Assembly: GCA_010093705.1 (NCBI GenBank)
Contig: MU006092.1
Location: 1,444,350 to 1,508,349, forward strand
Reading direction: 5' to 3'
Length of the DNA stretch: 64,000 bases
From: Patellaria atrata CBS 101060
Lineage: Eukaryota
Shown here: positions 13,045-26,368 of the stretch, piece after piece
Layout of the letters: every line of letters starts with the position of its first letter
How positions within the stretch are numbered: the stretch's first letter is position 1
Notes under the pieces: model-generated
The model's input: only the letters and a program-made list of their open reading frames with translations
Told to the model about the DNA's origin: nothing
Database searches by the model: none
Made by a program: the position numbers and the translations under genes

Positions 13045-13491
13045 CTATGCCATGAACCTTGACTTCTTCTTCCCGGAACCGGGAATGGTGCCGGTGAAAC
13101 AGCCGGTTTGAGGCTCATCTTCCGACAACCAGATACTCTCCGGATACTCGCCATTGGGATGCATGAAGGAGATACACCCGACCCCTGTAGCGCAGCCTTC
13201 TTGGGAATCGCAAATTCCGCACGTGTCGCCCCCGGATGGTTGGCAATTGACAATCCTATAGCGCTGTGTGCTCTCGCCGGGGATACCGATCTGAACGGAC
13301 CTGTATTGCAATCCGTTATCTGATCTCGCGGCGAGCCAGCATTCGCCCACTAAGGGCCGGGTGGTATCGAATTCGTGATTTTCGCTGGCGTAGCTGCCGC
13401 CGCAGTTTTCATCCTCCCAAAGAATAGCAAATTCGGCGCTAACGAAGGTATAGCAAGTGGCGAGTGGGATGAGGTAAGAGAGGAGCTTCAT
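13045..13491 (-). CDS. Small secreted cysteine-rich protein (effector-like), 148 aa
   Basis: Signal-peptide-like MKLLSYLIPLATCYTFVSA, 8 Cys in the mature part, single exon, TATAAA near 13683-13688 upstream. Confidence 0.75.
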   Translation of the reverse strand: MKLLSYLIPLATCYTFVSAEFAILWEDENCGGSYASENHEFDTTRPLVGECWLAARSDNGLQYRSVQIGIPGESTQRYRIVNCQPSGGDTCGICDSQEGCATGVGCISFMHPNGEYPESIWLSEDEPQTGCFTGTIPGSGKKKSRFMA

Positions 13492-13509
13492 TTTCGTTTA
13501 TGATGCTTG

Positions 13510-13623
13510 AAAGAGGAGCTTTGACAGAGTAACTTTGAGGAAGTAGCTTTGTGGGAGTAGCTTTGAAGGAGTAGCTTTGAAGGAGTAGCTTTGAAGGAGT
13601 AGCTTTGAAGGAGTAGCTTTGAG
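13510..13623. repeat. 14-bp minisatellite (GAAGGAGTAGCTTT), about 8 copies, 4 perfect
   Basis: Directly visible. Copies become more degenerate toward the ATG of the secreted-protein gene. Confidence 0.92.
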
Positions 13624-16099
13624 ATAAGGTGATGAAGTGAGTACTTGTGTTTCTTCAATTCCAATTGCCAAATCTTCGAGTCTTTATAGACATCATGCTC
13701 TTGGGCTCCGCGGACGTACGTACTATTACGTAGCTCTACAGGATGCTCTTCCAACCGACCGCATCCTCCCTGGTGTAAGATAGTTATTCTCCTCTTTCTA
13801 GGTTGTGTACCTAGTGAAATGCTCCATTTCTCTCTGATCCCTACCTGAGATGGTTGAGAACGTGGTTTTACACCTCGAAGGATGTGAGCCGATGTAACTC
13901 CACTCTCCCAGAGGGCCTGAAGATGCTACCACAGCTCTGGGCGGCCGATCAATCCTATTATGTTCCACTCGACCACACTAGGTTTTTGGTGTTGGAGTGA
14001 AATCTTTTCCCCATCTTCTCTAGGTTCGTCTTTGTTTTTCTGCGCACGTTCATGTTCTCCCTTGGCCAGAGAAATATTCTGAGACGAGCCAAGATGTGAC
14101 TTTAGATACCCTCAATGATCTACAGTTAAGGCTGCGGTAGCATCTTTAGGCCTTCTGGGATAGCTATTATGAAGCCGGCGACTCCGAGTTGGACGTATAG
14201 GACGGAACGAATTATGTATCCCGTTTCCACGTTAGTTGGGAAGATTGATAGCCCAGAGCGCTCCCTATTCTCCGGTACAAATGTAGCAAAGGGAGCACGT
14301 CTATTGGCTCGCAATGGAAGAAAAGAAGAGAGACGTTAAAGAACAGGGGTCATTATAGCGCTCTTGAAGACAGAATGAAGAGCTATAAACCTAGTTCGCC
14401 GAGACTTTGGAGGTGAGACGTCGTTATTGACCTGCCGATCTTCCGATAATTTGCTTTGAGGTTGAGAAGTACGATAGTATCTTATTGCATGCGGTGAATA
14501 GCGTGGTCCTTCCAGTAGCTTACACGACTTCCTTAATCACGTATTCTTCGATACGAATCATACGATGAAAGAAATTTAATTCACTCAAAACCCAAGAGGA
14601 TTGGATGATCAGCAACGCGAAGGAGCGCTATCCACGGTATGCAACAGGATGCTGTAGTTATCGATCTACAGCTCTCCTGGTTTAATTTACAAGCTGGAAT
14701 ATCGTAAGCATAACGTCTAAATATAAAACCGAGGAAGGAAGCTTAAGAGGACTAAGCATAACCTCTTCCATCTAAAAGTAGCTGCTTGAGTAGGAAAAGC
14801 GAGAAGTCTTCACTTTAGCTTTAGAAGAGCCCGAACTTCCATCTACGAAAGCTTTACATGACGTTGATACTCCTTGTCGAATACCCTAGTATTGAGTATT
14901 GGTAAGCTTTCTTTGCTTCAGTACTTATTCGACTTCTTCCTCGCTTTAGTACACGTATATCAAACACTAGCCGCCGTTTATAATATTGAAAGTGGACTCA
15001 AAAAAATACAGCAAAAGCGCCTAGAATGCTACCAAGCATCTGAATGTTTCGTTAGGGCGGCGTTGATGATGAAAAGGGAATGTTAGGGCAATGCTTACAG
15101 TACGCCTGGAGCGCATAGAACGGCACGCACAGGTACACATGGGATAGCGAGAATTGGATATTGGTACGGAGGTATGATGGATGGATATCGGAAGACGGAT
15201 CATGGATAAGTGAAAAGAGGGTTATTCAAAGACATTTCTGTGTTGGGGTTTACAGAAAAGGACTAAACTGAAAGGTGACGTAGAGAAATGACTGATGATC
15301 TTGAAGGTAAGTGAAACAAAAAAAAAAAAGAAAGAGGAAATTCTGAGAGGCTATGAGGCTCCATATGACGCTGTTGGTGACGCCGATGAGGGCGCCTTAC
15401 AATGCGAGAAAGACATTCAAGGTGTCTTGGTGGAGGAATTATAAGGGTGGTTCCAACTGCAACACACGGCTTGAATCCTCCTAATCGGCTACGTCGGCAT
15501 CCCCGGTATCTACGGAAGTGAAGATGGGAAAGAGAATTAAAAGAGGATGCGGAGACCGAAGCCGCCTCGCCAAAGCGCTCCAGGCCACACTCCAAGGGTG
15601 CGACCAAGGCTTGGTGAAATTAGTCGCCGGACTAACAAAAAGTTGTCTTTGACACTCAATTACGTATAGAAAATAAGACCTTTTTGAATTTTGAAAAGTA
15701 TAGTAGAATTCTTTAGGTCAAGAAGAATATTACAATCTATTTAGAATCATGAATCTCCTTGCGTGAAAGAGTATCTCGAAGGAAGTTGACCGGGATAGCA
15801 ACCACCAAAATCGATGAAAACTTACGAATAACTTATGCCTTCAGTTTAGTAGAATTCTACCACCCCTAATAAATATTTTTAAAATTTGAAATTATAAGCT
15901 TACTCTTCTAGATAAGGAGAACAATATAATCTATTTTATTTTTGATTCTTCCTTGATAAAACTAATAAAAAATTGCTCTAGAGTATGATAACTTTTTTGC
16001 TGTCCCGCGACTTATGTCGCCGAGCCTTGGTCCCTGTCCACTCCGAATTCGTTTGGAGAAGATGCTCCTATAGAACTATTCAACTTCTTGTCCTCTCAT

Positions 16100-16830
16100 C
16101 TTCTACATCACTCTTTCAACCTTGTATACCTTTCGCCGGGTCGAAAAACTACCACGGAGAATTGCAACAAGGTTACCGGATCTGAGCCCGAAAGGACGGT
16201 AGGTGCAGAGAGTACAGTACAAACATCGACTGACTTTGACGTCTTCAACGGCCCCTTTTCTGCAAGGAGAATGCGGGTCATTTGATCTCCAAACTCTGTT
16301 AGACAAGTCCTGATAGGTTGTATCTGCGGAGTATCTAGCCGTAGACTTGCTCACGCCTCGGACAGACGACGCCTCGCTCGATTTTAGGTCATTGCTGCCG
16401 GACGTGTTGGCTTTGCATCTTCACGATATACAAGAAATTGTTGGAAAATTCAAGCCATACCAACCCATTACCATACGGAGTACGGATTTTGGGTACAATG
16501 GCCTAAGCGCATGAAGCATCAATAGCCTCGTCAAGCGCCAATTCCGCACCCAACTCCCTCTTCTAGTGTATCGTCGTGTTGACGATAATCCTCCGACAAA
16601 ACTTTTCAATCACAGCGCTCATCTGGGCGGGCCAGCATTATGGAAAAGACTCTTCCTGACTGTACCAGCTAGAAACTTCCAGTTCACCGTTTAGGTACAA
16701 ATTAGGACTCCCGCTCATGGCGCCCATGAGGTTTGAGCCCTAGTTCTCCATGACATCCTGGACCAGCTTATAGAACGCGCAACGCCTCCACTTGCATGTT
16801 GATGATCGTCAACGCACTCTGGCCTGTTCG
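16100..16830 (-). pseudogene. Possible decayed coding relic of unknown family
   Basis: One minus-strand frame reads protein-like (FYKLVQDVMEN*GSNLMG...SAVIEKFCRRIIVNTTIH*KRELGAELALDEAIDASCA*AIVPKIRTPYG...) with scattered stops. Flanked by AT/TpA-rich DNA at 15.65-16.0 kb. Confidence 0.3.
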
Positions 16831-17695
16831 TTTTGTAGTTCGAGTGACGGTAGGTGTGATGTGCTTCTCGAGCCTCTTTGCGGACTGGAAAGAGGTTGAA
16901 CGATGCCGTGCCACTTATGTCGAGGAGGTTGCCTCGCAACTGTATGACAAGTCTTGATGCTTACATCCGCATTTGATGACTTGTGGTATAGCGTTTACTG
17001 AGGGCGCTATTGTTTGCTCTTGCAACGTGACGGAAGATACCTACAAGATCCAGTCAGCCAAGTCCTAATAACGCAAGGTGAGCACTGATTGGTACTATCA
17101 AAAAACTAGGTGGGAATGTACCGTACAGTACATAAGACTACAAGTACTTATAGACGCACGTGAAGGACGAAGAATATAAAAGTTGATTATGATGAGATGA
17201 GGTGGACGGAAGTACGGATTGATCTGCCCTCGCTGATTGGTCGACTCCTGGATCGATAACCATCTCTACCCCAGGCCGAGAAATGCATAAGGGAGTTCTA
17301 CCCCATAATCGGATGCCCAGGAGCAAATATGTACAAGCAATTAACCATGGAATTTTTTTTATATAAATCAACATCTGCTACTTTGAAGGTATTCGTGATT
17401 TTGAGAGTACAAGTTCCTTGAAGTTTACCAGGCAAAGGAAAAATAGATGAGAATTTCACGCTACGTAAACGGCGGAGCCGATTAGCGGAAAGTACAGCCT
17501 TCGACATCATACCGACGGTCAAGGACCAGAACCGGCTTCTTGGTCTCGGAGGAGCAGAAACGACATCATAACGGACTTCAGCTTCCTTGCTGACAATTGA
17601 AGTTACACACTGTGCACAGCAAACATTTCTATATCTATAGCATAGAATATAGATCTTCAGTAAAAGGAATATATCTATCTGCATGCTCGCTAATT

Positions 17696-18688
17696 ATGTC
17701 GGATTTTGGTGACCTCATCGTAAGTACCTCCTGTAGACGCACAGGATGGGGATTTGATGCTCACAAGATACAACTTAGGAGCTCGGCCTGGAAGGGTTCG
17801 ACCGCGTTACGGATAGCAAATACTTCGCCAGCGCGTATGACAAAGCGGCGAAAGCTACCATTCTCCCAAGGCGCGACAGTCAAAAGAAGCAACAACCGAA
17901 GAAAAATGAAAGATCGCGTAGTAATGACTCCCATCGGCGTAGAGATGGAGACAGGGACGAAAGAAGAGATGGTGACAGGGATGTAAGAAGAGACAGATCG
18001 CGACACTATGAATATGATGATGAACCCCCACAACGTAGACACTCCGGCTCTGATTACCATGCCAACGGTGGACACTACGAGGCATACCCAAGGGCACACT
18101 ATCAACTGGTACGATCCAGCCGTCATATTGGAGTAGGAACCAGTCTTTACTAATATTCTTTAGTATCCAGACGATCCGGCGAGATATCAACCTGCCTATC
18201 CCCCGCAAAGGCCTCCAGAGCAACAGATGACCTATCCCTATTATAACCAGCCGCTTGTTTATCCTTACCCTGAGCAGTACAACTATGGTTATTACGATGG
18301 TCCTGAAGAGAATTACTCACAGTATCCACGGCGGCGTGCACGGTCTGAAGACGGGTACGATAAAGATAGAGGTAGAGATTCACGCGAGGAGAAAAACAAC
18401 TCCGGACCAAGACCTAGAAAATGCGAGTTCACAGAAGGCCTAGGACATTCAGGTTTTGCTGCTGCGGTAGCGGGTGCACTTGCAGGCGGGTTCGTTGGTG
18501 ACAAGATGGGAAAGGGCAACAAAAGTGCTGCAATGGCTGGTGCAGTAGTTGGGGCTCTTGGAGCCGGTGCTGTGGAGAAGACGATTGAAAAGATGCAAGT
18601 AAAGAAGAAGGAAAAGAAATGGGAACAGAAATATGGAGATAGGGGTCGAGACGACGATGGGGGGAGAAGCAGGAGGCGTGATTACTAG
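17696..18688 (+). CDS. Glycine-zipper 2TM-domain protein with R/D/Y-rich low-complexity N-terminus, 3 exons
   Basis: MSDFGDLI|ELGLEGFDRV.. Introns 17720-17778 and 18109-18163 join in frame to ORF 18227-18688, which contains AAVAGALAGGFVG..AMAGAVVGALGAGAVEK. Confidence 0.8.
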
Positions 18689-20586
18689 GTATCTACCCCA
18701 TGATATATGGAGGCTTGGGAGTCTGGAAGAGACCAAGTTTGCCAAAAGCTACTGGGTGAATATTTGGAGTTGTTATGCATAAAATGACCGCATTCTACGA
18801 GTTACGAGACATGACTGGATGTATATTGAGGCTGCTAGGTTTTCCATGGACCTATTATACTGTACACTATGATTTCTATTTGGTGTATTCTGCGTAGTCT
18901 TTCACTCTTCACGGGTAGTAACCTTAGAATCCTGATTAGATATCTATCTTCCTGTATGACATTGTCCGCAGAGAGGCCTTATGGTAAGGTACTGCGGGCC
19001 GTACCTTTCGAGTTGCCCGACGGTTGCGATTACCAAGGATAGAAAGATCTTCTCTAATACTTTAGCTCCTCGGTCTATACAGGTAGCTACTGCTGTAAGG
19101 TAGATGCCGGTCTTTTTTAACTCTACAGTTACAAATATAGCTATCGCTTCTTACTTTCTTACCAAGAGACGCGAATTGTTCTCCTAAAGAACCTGAATCT
19201 GGGGGAAGTTGCGTCGAGGATCAAATCCTCAATCCCTTCAACTATTCGCGACTCTCAGGTTGCCATCTCAAGACAGAGACTCTGCTATATCGCGCGACAC
19301 GACGCCGTCGGTAACCTAAGCTCCTCTATCAGCGCCGAGTCTGTCGTTCGGACAGTCCGGTGTCTCATTTCTCTTTGCTTTTTGCTGATTCAGTCGCACT
19401 ACGTCTCCGCCATGAAAGTGTAAAAGCTGTGAACTAATAAAAATTCCGTTATACATTTAGTTACTACTCATCTGTCCTTTTCGACATCAGTCATGGTTGA
19501 TTGCTAGCAAACAATATCAGACCTCTGTCCTAACGATTTAGCCTGTTCGTTTGCATTTTAATTGACAAACCTTTTGTTTCATACTTTCCCCGGGTTTACG
19601 CCTTTAGACGGAACGAGTTACGGAGAGGGCTTTGAGAAAGGTCTGAAAGTGGCTTTCGATTGGGTGCTGGAGAGACTTGTTGCTGCAACGTGGAAGCAGA
19701 GAGCCCAAAGTGGACACTCTTCTGCTTGATGAGCACGGAATAATTGTAATGTGCGTGAACGCCAGAGTGGTGTAGTGTAAACCGGGAGATGTGCGATGCA
19801 GGAGCAGATCTCTCTCAGCTGTCAGCCTTATTACAGTGGGACTCAATGGAATTTCACCCTTTGTGCTTCCATGAGTCTTCTCGAAAAGCTTAAGCGACGC
19901 AATTACTGGTAAGCTCCCGGCGCTCGTGCCCGCCAAAGGTTCGCTGGCGTACGCTGGGGGAAGGGGACCGCATAATGAGGGACCAAAGCACCACCCGCCC
20001 TCTCTCTTTTTCGCCAGAAAGTCTGACGTCCTTCTGTAGTCTGTACTGATTCCAACGTGGACCCATTTTCTCCTCCCTTTCAGTTACATCCTATCCCAGA
20101 TACCTGTACTTGTGTGTGTGTCTTGCATTTGATGTTGCGCAACAGGCGCCCTCTTTTAGATCTGTTTCAGCATTCATAGTTCTATCCGCTTCCGCCTCTT
20201 TGAGAGCCTTATAACAAAAACGCCCCGCCAGAGATCATCGTAGACACTCAAGACACCTGACCGCTTAGAGTCGCTGCTGTGTCATAATCGCAGGAGCTCA
20301 TTGAGCTCTAGTTTCTAAGCGACGTCTTCTCAATCTCCTCCTTACGACTAAAAGACCCTCAGATGCAATCCATTCGTTTCCGGCAAAACTTGTTCTCGTG
20401 CATGTCTAGCTCTCGCGATCAATATACACAACTTGCGGCTATCCGCATTCCTCCAGAACGTTTACCGATAGACAAACGCCACGCCACTCTTTGACGACCT
20501 GACGCGTAAAATCTTTCTTTCTCCTGTTCGGACTGCATGTTGTGTAGGACCGTAATCGCCATTTCAAAACCTCCGCCATATCAGTG

Positions 20587-23555
20587 ATGCGTCGGTACAA
20601 CAGGGGCAGTTCAGGCCCAACTATTTATGCCAACAAGGCAAATGGTGGGCATGTACCTGACCCTATTTCGCTCATACGCTCATACGATTCCGACACGAAC
20701 AAGACGAGGCCGGTGCGACCATCTCCTTTAACGGCCTCGACGATCTCAGGTTTGCCTTTAGACCTATTGGATAGGTTGAGATCATTCCCCCTCTTCCTCA
20801 CCGCTCCAGACTCCTTTCTTGCCGCGATCGGTACGCACCTGCGACCCCAAGTACACTCTCCTCACTCATATATCTTGACTGAGGGTGACGATGCAAAGGC
20901 CATGTACTGGCTGGTACGCGGAGGCGTTAGGGTGACGTCAAGGGATGGCGAGAGCACATACGCCGAGCTTAAACCAGGTGCTTTCTTTGGAGAGATTGGT
21001 ATATTGATGGACATCCCTCGAACAGCGACAATCATCGCCAATGTGCGATCTTTGGTAGTACGATTGAACAAGGAGGACTTGAAGAAAGAGCTACCCAACT
21101 TTCCCGAAGTGGAAAGAGCGATCCGAGAAGAAGCACAAGAAAGATTGACGATATTAGAACGAAAGAAAAAGGAGTTGAGTGCAAAACAGGTTATACCAGA
21201 TGACGGCACGAGAGTATCAAGAAGCGGAAAGAGACAGCGTGAAAGAGCGGACGGAGATATTGAAATGAGTGATGCTGGTATCATCCTCGATAGAGAGCTT
21301 GTAGGAAGTTACAAGAAGAGAAAATCCCCAAGCCCTAGTTTGGTAGACGCAGCTGCTTCTAGCGCTCTGGGGACCGGTGCTGTCAGTGTAAGACAGCTGC
21401 TCATGGAATTACCTCTTTTTTCAAGTTTGCCTCCAGAAATCTTGCATTTTCTAGGCTTGAACGCGCAGCTGAGGACATATCCATCCTTCACGGACATTAT
21501 CCAGCAAGGTTCTCAAGGTCGTGACGTATTCTTCATAGTCCGCGGTGAGGTGGAAGTGCTCGCGCAAAGACCTAGTTCAGCAGAAGGAAAGAAGACGTAT
21601 TCAACAGGAGGTACAAACGACTCTCCACGTGAATTCAAGGCCCGTCTGAGGCCGGGTCAATATTTTGGTGAAGTGACGAGTCTCTCTCTTGCTCCACGAC
21701 GAACAGCAACAGTCCGCACAATTGCGGCAGTGGAATGTCTCGTGATCAGTGGGGATGTGCTCAACGAGTTATGGCAGCGTTGCTCTCCCAACCTCCGTCG
21801 TCAAGTTGAACAAACAGCGAGGAAACGTCTTGAAGCTGCTCGTGACTTTGACGTCCCAATGGCTGATGTCACTGATGGCACACCTGCGATTGATGAGCTC
21901 GCTATCGCTGATATCGGACCTCGTACTCCCAAGAAAGCTGTACCAACTGTCACCTTTTCAGATAGTGCTTTGGAAACACCGATCACACCTAGTCGAAAGG
22001 ATGACTGGTCTGTCATGGAGCCTTCGGATCCCGACCCTTTCCTCAATGTTGATCTAGACAACATACGCTCAAGATCCCGTCGAGGATCTCTCGCTCCTCC
22101 TTCGCCTTCCAGTGGAGATTCGACCCAATCAAACAGTGCCGAATCTTCAAAACCACAGAGTCCGATAAATGGCCAGGTCATCTTTCCCTCACCCTTGAAC
22201 ACAAAGCACGATGTAACTCCTCCCGATCCGGAACCTTTTTCGCGTAGCAAAAAACCAAAGATAATACGAAGAAGTAGCCGACAGAGCAAAGGAACTCTGC
22301 CGGATGACGTCCTTGTTAAAATATTTCAAAATCTAGATGTCTACGAATTAATGAAGCTCCGACAAGTATCTGTACATTGGATGAAGCTATTGACATCTTC
22401 AAACGATATTCTCCACCATCTAGATCTCACAAAGTACAATCGGAAAGTCACGGATATCGCACTTGCTAATGCAATATGTCCATTTGTCCAGAATAGGCCA
22501 CGTTCAGTGGATATAAGTAACTGCTTCCATGTCACAGACGAAGGATTTGCTGCCCTAGCAAATGCATGTGGCGCCAATGTCACCTCGTGGAAGATGAAGA
22601 GTGTATGGGATATCACGGGACAAGCTGTTCTTGAAATGGTGACTAAAGCGAAAGGATTAGAAGAAGTGGATCTCAGTAACTGCCGTAAAGTGGGCGATAA
22701 TCTACTCGCTCGCGTGGTAGGATGGGTTGTACCAGATCTACCCCCTTCTGTTCTCGCACAGCAATATCACCAGCAGCAGCAGCAAGCTCAACAACACAAA
22801 GGTCGAAGGGGCTTTAGCCAGTCTCAAGCAGTCCAGCAACCACCCCAGCCTCTTCCTCCTGGTACAGTAGTTGGATGTCCACGTCTAAAGAAACTCACAC
22901 TCTCGTATTGCAAACATATCACCGACCGGTCTATGGCACATATCGCGATTCACGCGGCAAACCGACTTGAACAAATAGATCTCACGCGCTGTACGACAAT
23001 CACGGATAACGGGTTTCAGCATTGGAGTGTGTATCCGTTCCCGAGACTTCAGAAGCTCACTTTAGCCGATTGCACTTATCTGACAGATAATGCTATTGTA
23101 TATCTTACTAATGCGGCGAAGTCGTTGCGTGAGCTTGATCTTGTGAGTATAACCTATCATCTCCCTGTTTGTGCCTGAGTGGCCTAGCTAATCTTTTTAC
23201 CTTCCAGTCCTTTTGCTGCGCTTTGTCAGATACCGCAACCGAAGTTCTCGCTCTCGGTTGCCCGAACTTAACTCACTTGAATCTCGCTTTCTGCGGTTCT
23301 GCCGTCTCAGATGGATCTCTTCGTTGCATAGGTCTCCATCTACTAGAACTCAAGGAACTTTCTGTCCGTGGTTGTGTGCGGGTGACTGGAATCGGTGTTG
23401 AAGCCGTAGTAGATGGGTGTCATAAGCTAGAGGTTTTCGATGTCTCGCAATGCAAGAATTTGCAGCGCTGGTTAGATCAAGGCGGAGTCAAGAGGAAGGG
23501 GAGAGGTATTCGATTTGAGACTGTTGCGGATGGTAAGTGGAGGACGGGAAAATAG
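20587..23555 (+). CDS. Protein with two cyclic-nucleotide-binding domains, an F-box and leucine-rich repeats, 2 exons
   Basis: Phosphate-binding cassettes FFGEIGILMDIPRTATI and YFGEVTSLSLAPRRTATV, F-box LPDDVLVKIFQNLDVYELMKLRQVSVHW, Cys-containing LRRs (LSYCKHITD, LTRCTTITD). Intron 23143-23207. Confidence 0.92.
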
Positions 23556-24457
23556 ATCCTGATTATGAAGCAACAGGACTACCGCAGAGCTTACCGGGAT
23601 CACTTACACGGAATGCTTCTCGCGAGATATGTTGGATCCAGTTATTAAAGAGGGGGATAGGATCACCAAAAGCTAATAAGCCACTCCTCCAGGAAAATTT
23701 CGGTTTACACCCACGATATCAGTTCGGTACAGCATCTGTTGTGGTATGATGTCACCAACAAAACATCAACAACGAAAACCTTAGACTGACAGTCTGCCAA
23801 AGTTCTGCGTCAGATACTCTACTAGTGCTCAGATCTGACCTATTTACAACATCTCCTTCTTATTATATTTCCTTCGCGATGTCAGGATTCCCTTTTTGCC
23901 ACTTCGTGGGGAGACGGAGTCTGGATGATATCACGAGTCACATGGTGCTATTTAGATCCTGAGCATCGGAGCGGCGTCATATATTCCTGTCTTTATCGCG
24001 GATGATTGAACGTTTTTCTATTTTTGATGTTTGGATGTATCATGGCTCAGGAGGAAGGGGAAATGGCTGGGCTGGGTAAGCTGGATAGATGTCTCTCACG
24101 CAATTTATAGATGTGAAATATATTTCATTTGAATAGTGTCTCTGGATATTATAGCACTTCATAACCAGTTGTGTCTTCGCTGTAGAAGGTGAGGTAAGGT
24201 CAAAGAGACAATGACTAAGCACCTCAGAATTTCCGCGACTGAAGACATCGCCGAACTTTACTTGAAACAAGCAAATATTTCACAGCGCGGTGAGCTACAA
24301 CAATACAGCAGAAGCTGTCTCAACGATCCTACAGGGGATTTTCAAATAAACATTGTTCAACTGGCTTTCCCAGGAAGAATCACAGCGGTCGACAAATAAT
24401 ATTTCAAGCTCACCTCCTCCCCGCGCAGCATACCTGCTACGAGCTCCACTTCCGACC

Positions 24458-25304
24458 ATGCCCCTCGATACATCTACTTACGCCCTCTCCCTCCTCCGCC
24501 TAGACGGTCGACGATGGAACGAACTAAGACGCATACACGCGCAGATCTCGACCCAAGCAGCTGCAGATGGGAGCGCGTACCTAGAAATGGGAAACACGAA
24601 GGTCATTTGCACCGTAAGCGGACCCAGCGAGGGACGGCGTGGGCAAGGGCAGGGCGGTGAAGGGGGAAAGGCTAGGATTGAGGTTGAGGTGAATTTGGCG
24701 GGTTTCGCTGGGGTGGAGAGGAAGAAACGGGCGAGAGGGGATAGGTGAGTGGTTCTCTTGGGGTTCATTGTAACATTACATTTTGGGAAGGTCTAGCAGG
24801 GTGGTTGAAAGTAGATTCTGATATGGATATAGGCGCATCGCAGAACTTCAACATACGCTTACCCAAGCTTACACCTCTACCCTCCTCACCCACCTCTATC
24901 CCCACTCCACCATCCTCATAACGCTACATATCCTTTCCCTTGACGGGTCACTCCTCGCCGCGACCCTCAACGCTGCAACTCTCGCCCTCATCGACGCGGG
25001 TATCCCCATGTCCAACTACCTTGTCGCCTGCACCGCGGGCTCAACAAGCTTCGAAGAGAGCGACAACGCAGACCCCTTGCTCGATTTGAACGGACAGGAG
25101 GAACAGGAGTTACCGTTTGTGACTGTGGGTATATTGGGGGACGGGGATAAGGTCAGTGTACTCGTTATGGAGAGTAGGGTACAGATGAGCAGGTTGGAGA
25201 CTATGCTGGTCGTGGCAGTAGATGGGTGTAAGAGAGTCAGGGAGATTTTAGATGGGGTTGTGAGGGAGCATGGGAGGAATATGGTTGAGGGAGCTGTGGG
25301 TTGA
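24458..25304 (+). CDS. RRP41: Exosome complex RNase PH-like subunit Rrp41/Ski6, 2 exons
   Basis: LLRLDGRRWNELRR, ADGSAYLEMGNTKVICTVSGP, LDGSLLAATLNAATLALIDAGIPM, PLLDLNGQEEQ. Intron 24745-24832. Confidence 0.92.
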
Positions 25305-26362
25305 GAGATGCGTGGACCTTCAGTATCACGGCTGGAAATAACTTCAAGAGAACCGAAAGTGATGCATGCGGTATACAGATCAAGATACCGCTACGGAGAA
25401 CTATATCTCCCTGCAGCTTTAAGCTCTTGTTCACTACGTCCCCAATAGGTAATGCTGTGGGTATTCTAGACCCTAGGAGCAACGAAGTGGATGCGGGATA
25501 GGATCTAGCAGAACTCTAGGTCGAGGAGAAGGCTGCTCTACAGTCTACAGAGTCTGATGCATACTTCTAGGACCAAAATGGTCAGGTCGCTTTTAGCAGA
25601 CGTGTTGAGTAGTACAGTGTTACTGTCTTGCGTCTACAGAGCATTTGTGCAACAGGACAAGGATGTCAAAACAGACAACAACTATATTCCCTCATAACAG
25701 ATTGTCTTGCGTATATCAACTCCATAAGTGACATTGAAGAAAAGATTTATGAACAATAAGATTTTTAGGCCACCAGTGAGACTTCGTCAGAGGTTAAAAC
25801 CCCTGTCTCCCCAAAACGACAAAGAGCAACCAACTTCAGTCCTTACTCAATGCTGATGCAGAATCTGAACGATATTCCAAGTAAAAGGCAGATAGTAAGG
25901 AACTAAAAAGTAGCATATTCAATATTGACACAATATTGCAGAGAAGATTCGGATGCTAATAATGCATAGGTCTAGCATATCACTTCCATCGCAACTCGAA
26001 CTAGACCCGTTCCGTATCCGCAAACTAGAAGACGTTTCTTGACTTCCCCAGACCGTTCACGCGTCTCTACAGATTGTATGGATGTCTAGAAGCTCTTGTC
26101 AAGCGCAAGAAAATATATATATTAAAAAAAAAAAAAAGAACCTCTGACGGTGTCCTATCTGAAATGGTGGCATGTCCGTTAGTGAGTCGTGTATGGATGT
26201 CAACTTCCGAAGACGACGCCACCAAGCAACTCCACACAAGACTTGTCAAATCTAGCTCCATTCACTCACTACTCCATACCAGCTTTACCAAGATGCTTGA
26301 GACATCTCTAGACACGAATCTATTAGACTAAAATGCCATATATCCATGATTCGGGGGAGTAT

Positions 26363-26368
26363 CCGAGG
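26363..26368. promoter_or_regulatory. CCGAGG (FarA/FarB core) upstream of the BVMO gene
   Basis: Exact hexamer about 280 bp before the ATG. Confidence 0.45.

Noticed and set aside
13510..13623. CRISPR-like array
   Set aside because: Units abut with no unique spacers, the context is eukaryotic and there are no cas genes. It is a minisatellite.
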